Source of the DNA: Nitrospira lenta
GTDB taxonomy: Bacteria > Nitrospirota > Nitrospiria > Nitrospirales > Nitrospiraceae
DNA: 64,000 bases
NCBI GenBank assembly: GCA_945865525.1
Contig: CAMBDY010000006.1
Span: 3,026 to 67,025 of the forward strand
Reading direction: 5' to 3'
Position numbers and translations under genes: made by a program. The notes beneath the pieces were generated by a model. The model was given only the letters and a program-made list of their open reading frames with translations. It had not been told where the DNA came from and searched no databases. This document shows positions 37,965-47,952 of this stretch, one piece after another. Positions within the stretch are counted from its first letter, which is position 1; each line of letters starts with the position of its first letter.

Positions 37965-39007
37965 CCAACCGGTTCTCCGACTCGAAACACCATTTCGATA
38001 TCTTTATACCCGTCCGTCATCTCAGCAGGAAAGGCTGGGAGAACTCGCGGCCGTAACACGGCGCGCTGGCCCGCCATATCGAAATAGGTATTGCCGGAAG
38101 TCTGCTTGACCACCACATCTTTGATAACCCCATCCCGCTGCAGCCGAAACGTGACAACAACTTGGTAGGTCTGCCCCGTTATATCAACTGGTGGAGGCTC
38201 CCACTGGCTACGAATAATTGATTGTACACGCGCCCAATAGGAACTGGACCCGGCCATCCCGGCAGTCTTGAGCGTCGTCTCTGGAGTCTTCAGCGTCGCC
38301 ACGTTCGCCTGTGGCTGAGCCACTGGCTTGACCGGTGCCTCACTAAGCTTACTCTCACGTGGCAGATCGAGCTTCGCTGCAGGCTGAAACGGCGTGATCT
38401 TCTTCAGTTCTTCTTCTAAGGCACGATTGAGATCGTCGCTGACCGACGAAGGTGGCGCCACCTTCGTAACCGGAACTGGCGTCGCATCAGGCATGCGTGG
38501 GATATCGAGCAGTTTCATTTTCCCCGCCTGCTGAGGCTGCCCCACTGACTTTGCAGGGCTCAAATCCCCGAACTTCGGCGCATCGGGCGGCAGATGAATG
38601 TCCCGCAACAGGTCCCGACTCACCCCGCCTTTGGGAGGCGCGACGGAAGGAGTCCGTGCGACCGGCTTCGCTGCCGTAACAGGAACCGGCTTCATCTCCG
38701 CAGCTTTCGCTGATTTAATGAGCTTCGCCGGCTCGGCTGGCTTAACCGGCTCGGCTGGCTTAACCGGCTCGGCTGGCTTCGCCGACTCGGCCGGCCTCGC
38801 AGGCACTGGCAAACTAACCAGCGATACTTCCACCGACGTCAACGGCTGTTCAGCCCGCTGCGGAAGCCTAAGCCCTGTCGCCACCAGCAGCAGTACCACA
38901 TGCAACGCGAGCGACCATGCCAACGTCCGCTTGAGCTGAGTCCATACTCCAGCCTGGTCGTCCTGATTAAACCACAAGCCTGGCGGCACCATCGCCTGAG
39001 ACGCCAT
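37961..39007 (-). CDS. tolA: TolA/TonB-family energy-transducer (TM anchor, Pro/Lys-rich repeats, TonB_C-like C-terminus)
   Basis: TM LAWSLALHVVLLLVATGL, KPAEP(V/A) repeats, C-terminal ...VVVTFRLQRDGVIKDVVVKQTSGNTYFDMAGQRAV. Trimmed to ATG 39007 because the track ORF overlaps tolR by 47 nt. Confidence 0.75.
   Translation of the reverse strand: MASQAMVPPGLWFNQDDQAGVWTQLKRTLAWSLALHVVLLLVATGLRLPQRAEQPLTSVEVSLVSLPVPARPAESAKPAEPVKPAEPVKPAEPAKLIKSAKAAEMKPVPVTAAKPVARTPSVAPPKGGVSRDLLRDIHLPPDAPKFGDLSPAKSVGQPQQAGKMKLLDIPRMPDATPVPVTKVAPPSSVSDDLNRALEEELKKITPFQPAAKLDLPRESKLSEAPVKPVAQPQANVATLKTPETTLKTAGMAGSSSYWARVQSIIRSQWEPPPVDITGQTYQVVVTFRLQRDGVIKDVVVKQTSGNTYFDMAGQRAVLRPRVLPAFPAEMTDGYKDIEMVFRVGEPVG
38726..38797 (-). 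repeat. Four tandem 18-bp units inside tolA encoding KPAEP(V/A)
   Basis: Plus-strand units are cgccggctcggctggctt, aaccggctcggctggctt, aaccggctcggctggctt and cgccgactcggccggcct. Confidence 0.9.
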
Positions 39008-39035
39008 ACTCACCAGTCCCTTCGAATCCCTAGCC

Positions 39036-39488
39036 TTAATTCTTTCGTGGCGGAAGATACGGGAGTGACGGCACGACCACATGTTCGGGTCCGACCGGGT
39101 CCGTTACCATCCCGATCTTTTCGATCCCAGCTTTTTTAATACCGTCGATGACTTGCACCACGACACCATACGGCACGTTGCGATCCGCCCGGAGGTACAG
39201 GGACACATCGGGATGCGTCTGCCTCAAGCGCTTCAGCTTTTGCTCAAGCTGGGCCACGCTGACCGGATCTTTATCGAGATACAAGCGCTGATCTTTTTCA
39301 ATGGTCAATACGGTCCGCATTTCCGGCTTAATCGTATTGGTGGACGAAGTCGGCAGCTTAATGTCCATCCCACGATACAACATTGGCGCGGTGATCATGA
39401 AAATCACTAGCAACACGAGAACCACATCGACGAGAGGAATAACGTTGATCTCTGCTAGGAATCGCCGGTGGCGAGATTCCAGAGTCAT
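39036..39488 (-). CDS. tolR: Biopolymer transport protein TolR/ExbD
   Basis: INVIPLVDVVLVLLVIFM TM and ExbD-type periplasmic domain. Confidence 0.9.
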   Translation of the reverse strand: MTLESRHRRFLAEINVIPLVDVVLVLLVIFMITAPMLYRGMDIKLPTSSTNTIKPEMRTVLTIEKDQRLYLDKDPVSVAQLEQKLKRLRQTHPDVSLYLRADRNVPYGVVVQVIDGIKKAGIEKIGMVTDPVGPEHVVVPSLPYLPPRKN

Positions 39489-39490
39489 CC

Positions 39491-40180
39491 TTAGACCTTA
39501 GCCGAAACTGGTTTCGCCTTCGCGGCAGTCGAAAGAGAGGCCAAAAGTTCAATGGTGACCGAATCCAGCCGGAAGGCCGTACTCTGAATCCGGAGAAGAA
39601 AGTAGTTGTAGGCGATGACCGCGGGGATGGCGGTGAAGAGCCCGGCGGCCGTCGCGACAAGGGCCTCCGCTACGCCAGGTGCGACCGCAGCAATACTGGC
39701 GGTCCCTTGCGTCCCAATCTCACGAAACGCATCGATGATGCCCAGCACGGTTCCGAGCAGGCCGACAAAGGGAGCAATGTTGCCCGTCGTAGCCAAAAAA
39801 GGGAGATAGGTCTCAAGCCGTGAGAGCTGACTTTGCGCGAGATAGGATGCCGCCCGCTCAATGATGTGCTGATCGACGAGTCCCGCGCTGCTCTTTCCCT
39901 CGGCACGGCCAGGCCCCACCCGCTCCATGACCCCTTCGAATACGGCCGCGCAGGGACTCCCTTCGAGCCGCCGGACTTGCCGGTAGAGTTCATCGATATC
40001 TTTCGTTTTTGCCAGCAACGCGAGGAAGCGCCGATCTGCTTGGTCGGCCACCCGGAACGCACGCGATTTGGAGAGAATTACAGCCCAAGAGACAACCGAA
40101 AAGACGAACAGAAGCAGAAGCACGATTTTGGAGACTGCGCCAAGCGAGCCTACCAATCCGGACAGGCCTGTCTGAAACAT
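39491..40180 (-). CDS. tolQ: Proton-channel protein TolQ (MotA/TolQ/ExbB family)
   Basis: Three TM spans, GNIAPFVGLLGTVLGII motif. Confidence 0.9.
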   Translation of the reverse strand: MFQTGLSGLVGSLGAVSKIVLLLLFVFSVVSWAVILSKSRAFRVADQADRRFLALLAKTKDIDELYRQVRRLEGSPCAAVFEGVMERVGPGRAEGKSSAGLVDQHIIERAASYLAQSQLSRLETYLPFLATTGNIAPFVGLLGTVLGIIDAFREIGTQGTASIAAVAPGVAEALVATAAGLFTAIPAVIAYNYFLLRIQSTAFRLDSVTIELLASLSTAAKAKPVSAKV

Positions 40181-40251
40181 GCAGCGTTACCCTTTTTAGC
40201 TCTCGAGAGTACTCACTCTCCTGCCTGCGCACGCGGACAACGCGGGAAAAA

Positions 40252-40328
40252 TGGCGGGGCCGACGGGATTTGAACCCGCGACCTCCAGATTGACAATCTG
40301 GCGTCCTAACCAGCTGAACGACGGCCCC
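40252..40328 (-). tRNA. tRNA-Asp (anticodon GTC), CCA encoded
   Basis: Hand-folded cloverleaf: acceptor GGGGCCG/CGGCCCC, anticodon arm CCAGA-TTGTCAA-TCTGG, T arm GCGGG-TTCAAAT-CCCGT, 3' GCCA. Confidence 0.9.
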
Positions 40329-40445
40329 TCAATACTCAACGTAAAATGAACACTTTTACGAATACAACGATAGCTGCAGTTAGTCCTGTCTGAGTTTTTT
40401 GTTGTTCGTGTTCTCTCCGTTCCGTCCCTTTTACCCAGTATTGCC

Positions 40446-40521
40446 TGGTAGGCGGAACAGGGATCGAACCTGTGACATCCACCGTGTAAAGGTGGCGCTC
40501 TGCCAACTGAGCTATCCGCCC
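40446..40521 (-). tRNA. tRNA-Val (anticodon TAC), CCA encoded
   Basis: Acceptor GGGCGGA/TCCGCCT, D arm GCTC..GAGC, anticodon arm CCACC-TTTACAC-GGTGG, T arm ACAGG-TTCGATC-CCTGT, 3' ACCA. Confidence 0.9.
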
Positions 40522-40637
40522 GATTGCCTTAGCAAGTCGAGGGAGGATGCTACCAAGTCCACCAGCCCATGTCAACCGAATGGCGCACCCTTCTTGCTTT
40601 TTCTTTGTGCTCACGCACGTCAATCGCCTCGTTTCGG

Positions 40638-41555
40638 TTAGGATTTTTTCCCGTGGCGCCGGCTTGCCCTAGGGAAATAGGCGTCATGCACCCGCTTCAA
40701 CCGTCCCCGGTCGACATGGGTGTAAATCTGCGTTGTCACAATATTGGCATGGCCCAACATGACCTGCACGGACCGCAAATCTGCACCGCCTTCGAGCAGA
40801 TGCGTGGCAAACGAATGGCGGAGCATGTGCGGCGAAATTACTTGCGTAATCCCCGCTCGCTGCGCGCGGCGCCGCAGTAATTTCCAGAACGCTTGTCTCG
40901 TCAGCGGCCCGCCCCGCCGCGATACGAAGAGATACCGGGAGGCCCGTTGCTTGAGAAGTCGGGGCCGCGCCTCGGTGACATACTGATGCAGCAGCTGCCG
41001 CGCCCCCTCACCCATCGGGACGAGGCGCTGCTTCGAGCCTTTACCCGTGACCCGGAGATAGCCAACCTCAAAATTCACCTGCCCCACTTCAGCCATTACC
41101 AACTCCGAGACACGCAGCCCCGTCGCATAGAGCAGTTCCACCATAGCGCGGTCGCGTAAATCTTCGAGGGTGGGAACAGCCCCCAAATCCAATAGCGCGG
41201 TCACATCGCGCTGCGGGAGCGTTTTGGGCAGCCGAATACCTTTCGCCATCGCGGGCAGGCCAACGACAGGACTCTCCTCGATCATCCGTTCCTGCAACAA
41301 AAATCGGAACCATCCACGAATCGCCGAGAGACAGCGAACCGCGGAGGCACGAGACAGTTTGGCCTCGTGCAAGGAGCGGAGAAATCCTGTGACTGTCTCC
41401 GCTGTCACCTGCTCAAGCGGTACAAAGCTCGCTCGCTGCACATAGGTATGGAATTTACACAGGTCCCGTCGATAGGCCTCGACCGTGTTGACGGCAAGAC
41501 CACCCTCCACTCGGAGATGGCGCAAGTATCGCTCGGCCAGCGGATCCAACAACAT
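40638..41555 (-). CDS. xerD: Site-specific tyrosine recombinase XerD-type
   Basis: LRHLRVEGGLAVNTVEAYRRDL N-terminus. Catalytic region GLRVSE..., HMLRHSFATHLLEGGADLRSVQVMLGHANIVTTQIYTHV. ATG 41555 preferred over TTG 41573. Confidence 0.85.
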   Translation of the reverse strand: MLLDPLAERYLRHLRVEGGLAVNTVEAYRRDLCKFHTYVQRASFVPLEQVTAETVTGFLRSLHEAKLSRASAVRCLSAIRGWFRFLLQERMIEESPVVGLPAMAKGIRLPKTLPQRDVTALLDLGAVPTLEDLRDRAMVELLYATGLRVSELVMAEVGQVNFEVGYLRVTGKGSKQRLVPMGEGARQLLHQYVTEARPRLLKQRASRYLFVSRRGGPLTRQAFWKLLRRRAQRAGITQVISPHMLRHSFATHLLEGGADLRSVQVMLGHANIVTTQIYTHVDRGRLKRVHDAYFPRASRRHGKKS

Positions 41556-41681
41556 CGGTGCGATGATAGCCAATCACTACGATGAACACAACGAATCCGG
41601 CGAGCGTTACCTTGACACCCTCACAAGGTTTCCGATAGTAGTCACTAGCGCATCACCCCTCTGTCGCAGTGCCAGGAACTT

Positions 41682-43661
41682 ATGATCCACCAGGCCTCAC
41701 CGCCATCGTCCTCTCACACACCACCCCTCGCTGCAAGCTGGGGCACAGGGCTCCTCCTGACGTGGGGACTGCTCTGGCCGATGGGGGCCTCACTCACTCC
41801 CGTCGTCTACGCACAAACGGGCGCCCAGGAACAAGCAGACCATCCGATCCTGACTCAGGCGAAGCATCTACTGGATGCGGAACAGGCGGAAGAAGCGATC
41901 ACCCTCCTCCGTGGCTTCCTAGCCACATCTCCCGCGCCTGAACTCCTTGACGATACCTATTTGCTGCTGGGTGCTACCCTGCATGCCACCCAGCAATATG
42001 GGGAGGCCCTCAAGTCCTTACACCAACTGCGGGCAGAGTTCCCCGCCTCTGAGGTCGCGGCCCGGGGCAAGCTGCTGCAAGCCCGTTCCCATGCGGCCAT
42101 GGGCAATCTCGATCTGGCCCTCCCGCTCCTGACTAGTCTCCGCACCCTCTCAGAAAATGACAACATCAAACGGGAAGCCCTGTACCTGAGTGGGAATTTC
42201 TATGCACAAAAGAATGACGCCCTCCACGCCATCCAAGCCTGGCAGGATGTAATGGCCTTGGGCCCCGACGCGCAAGCGGAAGACGCACGGGCTCGCATTC
42301 GCACGTTACTCGAAGACACATCGGACCGGAGGGCCCTCGAACGCATCCGGGAAGCTTTCCCACGGAGTTTTCCCGGCGACCTCGCAGCCCTCCGCCTCAT
42401 CAACTTCTATGTCGAGCGAAACGAAGAACACCTGGCCGTCCGGCAAATTCAGCCGTTCCTCGCCAACTTCCCGGCGCATCCCCAAGCAACCAAAACTCTT
42501 GAGCTTCTCGCCAGACTCCAATCCAAACTGAAATCCCATCAGCTCTTCGTCGCAACGGTCCTTCCCTTTTCAGGGGAACTCGCCCCCTTCGCCACCGAAA
42601 CCCTCAACGGCGTGCAACTAGCGATCGAACTCCATAGAGAGCGGGGAGGCGTTCCCTCCATCGGTCTCATCGTCAAGGATTTCGAGTCCGATCGCGCCTC
42701 CTTTTCAGCCGACTTCTCCGGACTCCTGAACAACGACCACCCCCTAGCCGTCATCGGCCCGCTCCTCTCAAAGCATTTACCCGCCATGGCCGAACTGGCT
42801 GGGCGAGCCCATACCCCCTTGATCACGCCGGCTGCAACCCTCCCCAACCTCAGACGGTTGGGCTCCTATGTGTTCAGCACCTCCCTCACGTATGAGCTCC
42901 AAGCCAAACGCATCGCCACCTATGCCATGAAGGAACAGGGCTTCCGCCGGTTCTGCATTCTATATCCCAACACCACCTATGGCCGCGAATTGGCGAGGCT
43001 CTTCGCCCAGGAGGTGCGCCAGGCCAAAGGAGAAGTGATCGCCAGCGCGTCCTACAAGGAGGGCGATCCGGATGTCAGCGCACAGCTCAAGCACATGAAA
43101 GCGGAGGACCTCAAGCGCTATGGTCTCGCCGTACCGGTTGACCGGAGCAAACAGGCTGGGAAGCAGACAAAGATGGACAGGAAAGTTCTCTACGCACCGG
43201 GCTTCGATGCCGTCTTCATTCCCAGCCGCGCAACCGACGCAGGCCTTATCACGGCGCAGCTTAATTTCCACGACATGAAAGTGCCATTTCTCGGCGCGAA
43301 TGGCTGGAACTCCACGGACTTCGCCCGCACAACCGATTCATCAATCGACGGAGCCGTCTTCGTCGATGGCTTCTTTGTGGACAGCCCTAACCCCTCGGTG
43401 CAGAACTTTGTCGACCGCTACAAAGCACGATTCGGAGCCAGCCCAACCCTGTTCGCCATGCAGGGTTATGACGCGGCAAAATTGGTCATCGATGCAGCAA
43501 AAAAAGGCGCGACCTCCGGCGAAGCCGTCCGCAGCCAATTCATGACCCAGCCGGATCTCGCCTCGCTCACAGGGCTGGCAGCCTTCGGACCGGATGGAAC
43601 CTTGAATCGACCGCTCTTCCTCCTGCAAATCAAACGAGGAAAATTCCTCCAGATTAATTGA
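41682..43661 (+). CDS. Periplasmic TPR + type-1 periplasmic-binding-protein fusion (LivK-fold; LpoA-like architecture)
   Basis: Signal-like N-terminus, TPR-like helices over about 250 aa, then a Leu/Ile/Val-binding-protein-like domain (VATVLPFSGELAPF..., GYDAAKLVIDA). Confidence 0.7.
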   Translation: MIHQASPPSSSHTPPLAASWGTGLLLTWGLLWPMGASLTPVVYAQTGAQEQADHPILTQAKHLLDAEQAEEAITLLRGFLATSPAPELLDDTYLLLGATLHATQQYGEALKSLHQLRAEFPASEVAARGKLLQARSHAAMGNLDLALPLLTSLRTLSENDNIKREALYLSGNFYAQKNDALHAIQAWQDVMALGPDAQAEDARARIRTLLEDTSDRRALERIREAFPRSFPGDLAALRLINFYVERNEEHLAVRQIQPFLANFPAHPQATKTLELLARLQSKLKSHQLFVATVLPFSGELAPFATETLNGVQLAIELHRERGGVPSIGLIVKDFESDRASFSADFSGLLNNDHPLAVIGPLLSKHLPAMAELAGRAHTPLITPAATLPNLRRLGSYVFSTSLTYELQAKRIATYAMKEQGFRRFCILYPNTTYGRELARLFAQEVRQAKGEVIASASYKEGDPDVSAQLKHMKAEDLKRYGLAVPVDRSKQAGKQTKMDRKVLYAPGFDAVFIPSRATDAGLITAQLNFHDMKVPFLGANGWNSTDFARTTDSSIDGAVFVDGFFVDSPNPSVQNFVDRYKARFGASPTLFAMQGYDAAKLVIDAAKKGATSGEAVRSQFMTQPDLASLTGLAAFGPDGTLNRPLFLLQIKRGKFLQIN

Positions 43662-43674
43662 GAAAGCCGAACCC

Positions 43675-44418
43675 ATGAGCTCCCTCCCGCAGATTCTGCA
43701 TACCCTCTCCTACATGGGGCTCCCGCTCCTCTTCGCGATGGTGCTCCATGAATATGCCCATGGCTGGGCCGCCTATCGTTGCGGCGATGCGACTGCCAAA
43801 CGCCAAGGCCGCCTGACGCTGAACCCCCTGGCACATATCGATCCCTTTGGAACCATTATTCTGCCCCTGCTCTGCTTGGCGATGCCGGGAGGATTCTTTC
43901 TCGGCTGGGCCAAACCGGTCCCGATCGATCCACACGCCATGCATCAACCCCGTCGCGACATGGCGCTTGTCGCAGCAGCGGGGCCTGCCATGAATCTCGC
44001 GTTGGCTATCGGTAGCGCCCTCCTCTTCACGCTCCTCTTGTCGATTGAACCGACGATCGCAAACTACTGGTCCGGATCGACGGACAGCACCATCCCAGAT
44101 ACCTGGAGCATGAAGTTCCTGCTGCCGATCGCCGTGATGGCCGTCTACTCCGTCTTAATTAACGTGCTCTTGATGCTGTTCAATCTGCTGCCACTACCCC
44201 CGCTGGACGGAGGCAGGATTCTCACGAGCCTGCTCCCCCCCGCCACGGCACAGGTGCTTATGCGCGCGGAGCCCTACGGCATGCTCGTTCTGATGGGGCT
44301 GATCATTTTTGATCCGCAGATCCAGCTCATTCACACGGTCACCAGCACCTTGACCCATAGTCTGTCCAATACGATTCTCTCCACCGCCATCGGTCTCGGA
44401 ACAGGAAATACGCCATGA
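43675..44418 (+). CDS. Site-2 protease family (peptidase M50) membrane metalloprotease
   Basis: HEYAHGWAA HExxH in a TM helix and NLLPLPPLDGG. Confidence 0.85.
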   Translation: MSSLPQILHTLSYMGLPLLFAMVLHEYAHGWAAYRCGDATAKRQGRLTLNPLAHIDPFGTIILPLLCLAMPGGFFLGWAKPVPIDPHAMHQPRRDMALVAAAGPAMNLALAIGSALLFTLLLSIEPTIANYWSGSTDSTIPDTWSMKFLLPIAVMAVYSVLINVLLMLFNLLPLPPLDGGRILTSLLPPATAQVLMRAEPYGMLVLMGLIIFDPQIQLIHTVTSTLTHSLSNTILSTAIGLGTGNTP

Positions 44419-45404
44419 TCACACCCAGAAAACGAGTCCTCAGCGGTATGCAGCCGAGCGGGCTGCTCCATCTCGGCAACTATCTCGGCGCGTTGGAGAA
44501 TTGGAAAAACCTACAGAACGAGTTCGAATGTTATTTTTTCATCGCGGATTGGCATGCACTCTCGTCGAACTATGCCGACACCAGCCACATCCGCCAGTTT
44601 GTTGACGCGCTCTTAATCGACTGGCTCGCCGCCGGCATCGACCCGGCGAAAGCTACGGTGTTCGTTCAATCGCGCATTCCGGAACATGCCGTCCTGCATC
44701 TCCTGCTCTCGATGATAACGCCGGTCGCCTGGCTGGAGCGGAACCCGACCTACAAAGAGAAGCAGGAAGAGATCAAGGATCGCGACATGACCACGTACGG
44801 ATTTCTGGGCTATCCGGTCCTCCAGGCCGCTGACATCCTGCTCTACAAACCCGATTTCGTACCGGTGGGCAAAGACCAGTTGCCACACCTGGAACTCACC
44901 AGAGAGCTGGCTCGCCGGTTCAATAGCCTCTACAAGCCGGTGTTCCCCGAGCCGGTTGAACAGCTCACCAAGTTCCCGAAAGTGCTCGGCACGGATGGCA
45001 GGAAGATGAGCAAAAGTTACGGCAATACGATCAACCTGTCAGATGCCGAACCGATCGTACGCCAAAAACTCAAAACGATGGTCACAGACCCAGCCAGAGT
45101 CCGGCGCCACGACCCAGGCAATCCGGACCTCTGCCCGGTCTACGATTTCCATAAAGTCTTTTCCTTGCCGATGGTGCAGGAGCAGATCAATGCGGAATGC
45201 CGGAGCGCCGCCATTGGCTGCATCGACTGCAAAAATCTGGCTGCAGACCGTATCGTCGAACGGATGACACCGATGTGGGACATGCGCGCGATCCTGAGCA
45301 AAGACCCGGCCTATTTGCAGGACATTGTACAAGAAGGCAGCCGCAAGGCTGGCGAGGTTGCGAAAGCGACGCTGCATGATGTGACCGAGGCCATGAAGAT
45401 CTAG
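44415..45404 (+). CDS. trpS: Tryptophan--tRNA ligase
   Basis: GMQPSGLLHLGNYLGA (HIGH-type), KMSKS, GYPVLQAADIL. ATGA overlap with the M50 stop. Confidence 0.95.
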   Translation: MITPRKRVLSGMQPSGLLHLGNYLGALENWKNLQNEFECYFFIADWHALSSNYADTSHIRQFVDALLIDWLAAGIDPAKATVFVQSRIPEHAVLHLLLSMITPVAWLERNPTYKEKQEEIKDRDMTTYGFLGYPVLQAADILLYKPDFVPVGKDQLPHLELTRELARRFNSLYKPVFPEPVEQLTKFPKVLGTDGRKMSKSYGNTINLSDAEPIVRQKLKTMVTDPARVRRHDPGNPDLCPVYDFHKVFSLPMVQEQINAECRSAAIGCIDCKNLAADRIVERMTPMWDMRAILSKDPAYLQDIVQEGSRKAGEVAKATLHDVTEAMKI

Positions 45405-45486
45405 CTGGCTACTGAAACAGTCCGCTAGTCCGGATCAGCTGCAACGCACGAGACGAACCGCCAAGGATACCGGGAAGGAACAGACG

Positions 45487-45783
45487 ATGAAAAAAGTGGT
45501 GTTGACCGCGATACTCCTAGGAATCGGTTGGGGTATCGCCTGGGCGGTTGATCCCCCTTGCGACAAATATCCCACGGCCAAACAGGCGAAATGCGCCGTG
45601 GCTTGGAAAGAACTGAACCAGGAAGACGGCTCCTCCATCTCACAGTTCGGGCTGGCCCAACTGAAACGACGAGAAGAAGGCAAAATCAACGCGGGGCAAC
45701 ATCTTGCCGAGAATATGACCTTCATTAAACAGTCTACCCAGAAACGCCTCGAACGGCTCCGCTCGCGAATGGAAAAAGAATAA
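45487..45783 (+). CDS. Small secreted hypothetical protein
   Basis: Signal peptide MKKVVLTAILLGIGWGIAWA, GGAAGGAA RBS, two Cys, no recognisable domain. Confidence 0.5.
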   Translation: MKKVVLTAILLGIGWGIAWAVDPPCDKYPTAKQAKCAVAWKELNQEDGSSISQFGLAQLKRREEGKINAGQHLAENMTFIKQSTQKRLERLRSRMEKE

Positions 45784-45913
45784 TACTCACACGTCTCTCC
45801 CCTTCATCGAACCGCCGTTCGTCTCTCGGATCTCATCGTTCGCAATCAGGATTCTTGCGAGCTGCAAGAGACACGTCACAGTCTTTGTCTTGGCAGACTG
45901 TGTCAGGATCCGA

Positions 45914-46555
45914 CTAGAGACGAACGAACTGATTCGTCTTTTTCTCTATACCGATTTCGGTCTCAGGACCATGCCCAGTCACAACGATCGTAGCATCTTC
46001 CAAAGTATAGAGCCGCTCGCGAATCGATTGTTCGATGGTATCAAAGTCTCCCCCCCAGAGATCCGTGCGTCCGATGCTACCGCGAAAGAGCGTATCGCCG
46101 GCCAAGACTAATTGCTCGCTAGGGAGATGAAAGCTCATCGATCCTCGCGTATGACCGGGCGTGTGGAGCGCGACCACCGAGACTTGCCCGATTAGTAGTT
46201 GTTCCTCATCCTTCAGCCAATAGTCCGGCAGCGGCACCGGCACATAGACCACGCCGAAAAGCTCGCATTGGACCTCCAGCATTTTCCAAAGGTCCAAGTC
46301 ATCACGGTGCAGACACAGAGTCGCCCCTGTCGCCTTCTTCATGTCGCCGGATGCCAGAAAATGATCGAGATGGGCGTGGGTGTGGAGGATATGCGTGACC
46401 GTCAGACCGAGCTGCTGCACCTCGCGCAAGATCCGCTCCGGCGCGCCACCCGGATCGACCACGATGGCCTGTTTTGTTACAAGGTCGCCGATGATCGAGC
46501 AATTGCAGCCCAGAGGTGGGACGGAAAATGTTTTGCGGATTATCCGTGGTATCAT
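45914..46555 (-). CDS. MBL-fold metallo-hydrolase (glyoxalase II-like)
   Basis: HTHAHLDH motif, HTPGHTRGS, GDTLF. Confidence 0.85.
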   Translation of the reverse strand: MIPRIIRKTFSVPPLGCNCSIIGDLVTKQAIVVDPGGAPERILREVQQLGLTVTHILHTHAHLDHFLASGDMKKATGATLCLHRDDLDLWKMLEVQCELFGVVYVPVPLPDYWLKDEEQLLIGQVSVVALHTPGHTRGSMSFHLPSEQLVLAGDTLFRGSIGRTDLWGGDFDTIEQSIRERLYTLEDATIVVTGHGPETEIGIEKKTNQFVRL

Positions 46556-46732
46556 ATCCGCATGCTACCGTTCTAGGCCTTCACGGCACAAGAAGTGGCG
46601 CCTCTTCGGGTCCTTCAAGCTCCTTCTCTTCTTCTGAAGCTTGGAGAGTCCAGACGACTTCCGTACCAAGGATCGTCCACTCTCGCCCTCGAGAGGCAAA
46701 CTAGAATAAAAACCGCACGCCAGTCCCATTTC

Positions 46733-47737
46733 ATGGCGCCCGGCGTGGACAAGCTGGAACCAAGCGTAGATAGTGGAAAATACAAAATCAAGGAACGAGA
46801 CGTGCGGAACAAGACTCTGTCGGATCAATGGCCCAGGCGGATCGGAGCGAGCGCGCTCCTCCTCCTGCTCATCCTCAAGAGCCCCCAGCATGTGATGGCG
46901 GAGACCAAATCGTCACCGGAGCTGGCCCGCCATTTGATCGGAATCGCTGCGCTGGCTCAACCCTCACCAGTCATCACCACCCCAGCTGGTCCGTTCCTGT
47001 TCGGGAGCACGCGAGTGGATAACGACCCCTATGGGAAGTGGACGCAGTTTGACAATACGGAGCTGCCACAACATCGCGTCTGGCTGGACCGTTACGAAAT
47101 CGATCGCGATGAAGTGAGTCTCGGAGAATATCTCGCCTTCCTCCAGCAACAGAAGCTGCCTCCATCAGACGAGCTGCAAAAACTCCTCTGGCACGTCATC
47201 TCGATCCATTCTGTCTCGGACCAAACCCTCAGCCGGTGGCCCGCCCTCTATGTCACCTGGACCGAAGCGAAAGATCTCTGCGAGGCAAAACACAAACGGC
47301 TTCCGACGGAAGCGGAATGGGAAAAAGCGGCACGCGGACCGGACGGAGGGCTATTCCCCTGGGGGGACGCGAATCCCGACCAGACTCGCGCCATGTTCGG
47401 GCAACACCACATGCATGAGATCCCCATTCTCGCAGGGGTGGATTCGCATGAGGCAGGCAAGAGCCCCTACGGCCTCCATCATACGGCAGGAAATGTCGCC
47501 GAATGGGTGCAAGACTGGTTCGGATTCGACTACTACGCGTATATGCCGGAACGTAATCCGACGGGCCCGACTAACGGGCGTTACAAGAGCGTCCGCGGAG
47601 GGTCCTGGAAAAGCAACCCGATCATGCTCCGCGCCGCGACCCGAGGCGGGGCAGCGCCGGATCAACGTTCAGCCACCATCGGCTTCCGCTGCGCGCAATC
47701 GACCGGTCAAGAAAAAACACTGCCCGCTGTAAAATAG
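46733..47737 (+). CDS. Secreted formylglycine-generating-enzyme (FGE/SUMF1) family protein
   Basis: GNVAEWVQDW, RGGSWKSNP, IGFRCA. Signal RRIGASALLLLLILKSPQHVMA. Start is ATG 46733 or GTG 46802 (AAGGAA 6 nt upstream). Confidence 0.8.
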   Translation: MAPGVDKLEPSVDSGKYKIKERDVRNKTLSDQWPRRIGASALLLLLILKSPQHVMAETKSSPELARHLIGIAALAQPSPVITTPAGPFLFGSTRVDNDPYGKWTQFDNTELPQHRVWLDRYEIDRDEVSLGEYLAFLQQQKLPPSDELQKLLWHVISIHSVSDQTLSRWPALYVTWTEAKDLCEAKHKRLPTEAEWEKAARGPDGGLFPWGDANPDQTRAMFGQHHMHEIPILAGVDSHEAGKSPYGLHHTAGNVAEWVQDWFGFDYYAYMPERNPTGPTNGRYKSVRGGSWKSNPIMLRAATRGGAAPDQRSATIGFRCAQSTGQEKTLPAVK

Positions 47738-47952
47738 CTCATGGCTTTCACTAGAACAGGGTCTCTATACCGAGCGGGGTGCGAGCATGGTGGGGCTGTT
47801 CGCCGTGACAAGACCCGCATAGGGCCGCAGTCGAAGGAATGCCAGAAGGCTTCCGTTCAGATAAGTCCTGAAGGAGCGCTCCGAGAGACAAGGGAGCGAC
47901 GAGCCCTAGCATGGACGAAAGTTGAATGGGCTACCTGATCGGTTGGTCAGTA

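Noticed and set aside
38726-38797. Tandem 18-bp repeats, checked as a possible CRISPR or VNTR element.
   Set aside because: The units are contiguous with no spacers, and they are in frame inside tolA, encoding KPAEP(V/A). This is an ordinary Pro/Lys-rich linker repeat. It is listed as a repeat feature only.
40336-40623. A 95-aa minus-strand ORF in the track.
   Set aside because: It spans tRNA-Val and the tRNA spacer, so it is a spurious ORF over RNA genes.
40252-41573. Two tRNA genes directly next to a tyrosine recombinase, a possible integrated genomic island or prophage attachment site.
   Set aside because: The recombinase has the size and N-terminal/C-terminal motifs of housekeeping XerD rather than a phage integrase. 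The flanking genes (tolQ, the TPR-PBP protein, trpS) are core genes. I saw no direct repeat of a tRNA 3' end and no phage or IS genes.
47865-47882. GUCCUGAAGGAGCGCUCC resembles the SRP RNA helix-8 apex (GUCCGGAAGGAAGCAGCC).
   Set aside because: The flanking sequences do not form the long imperfect helix required of 4.5S RNA, and the conserved AGCA/GGAA loop residues are not reproduced.
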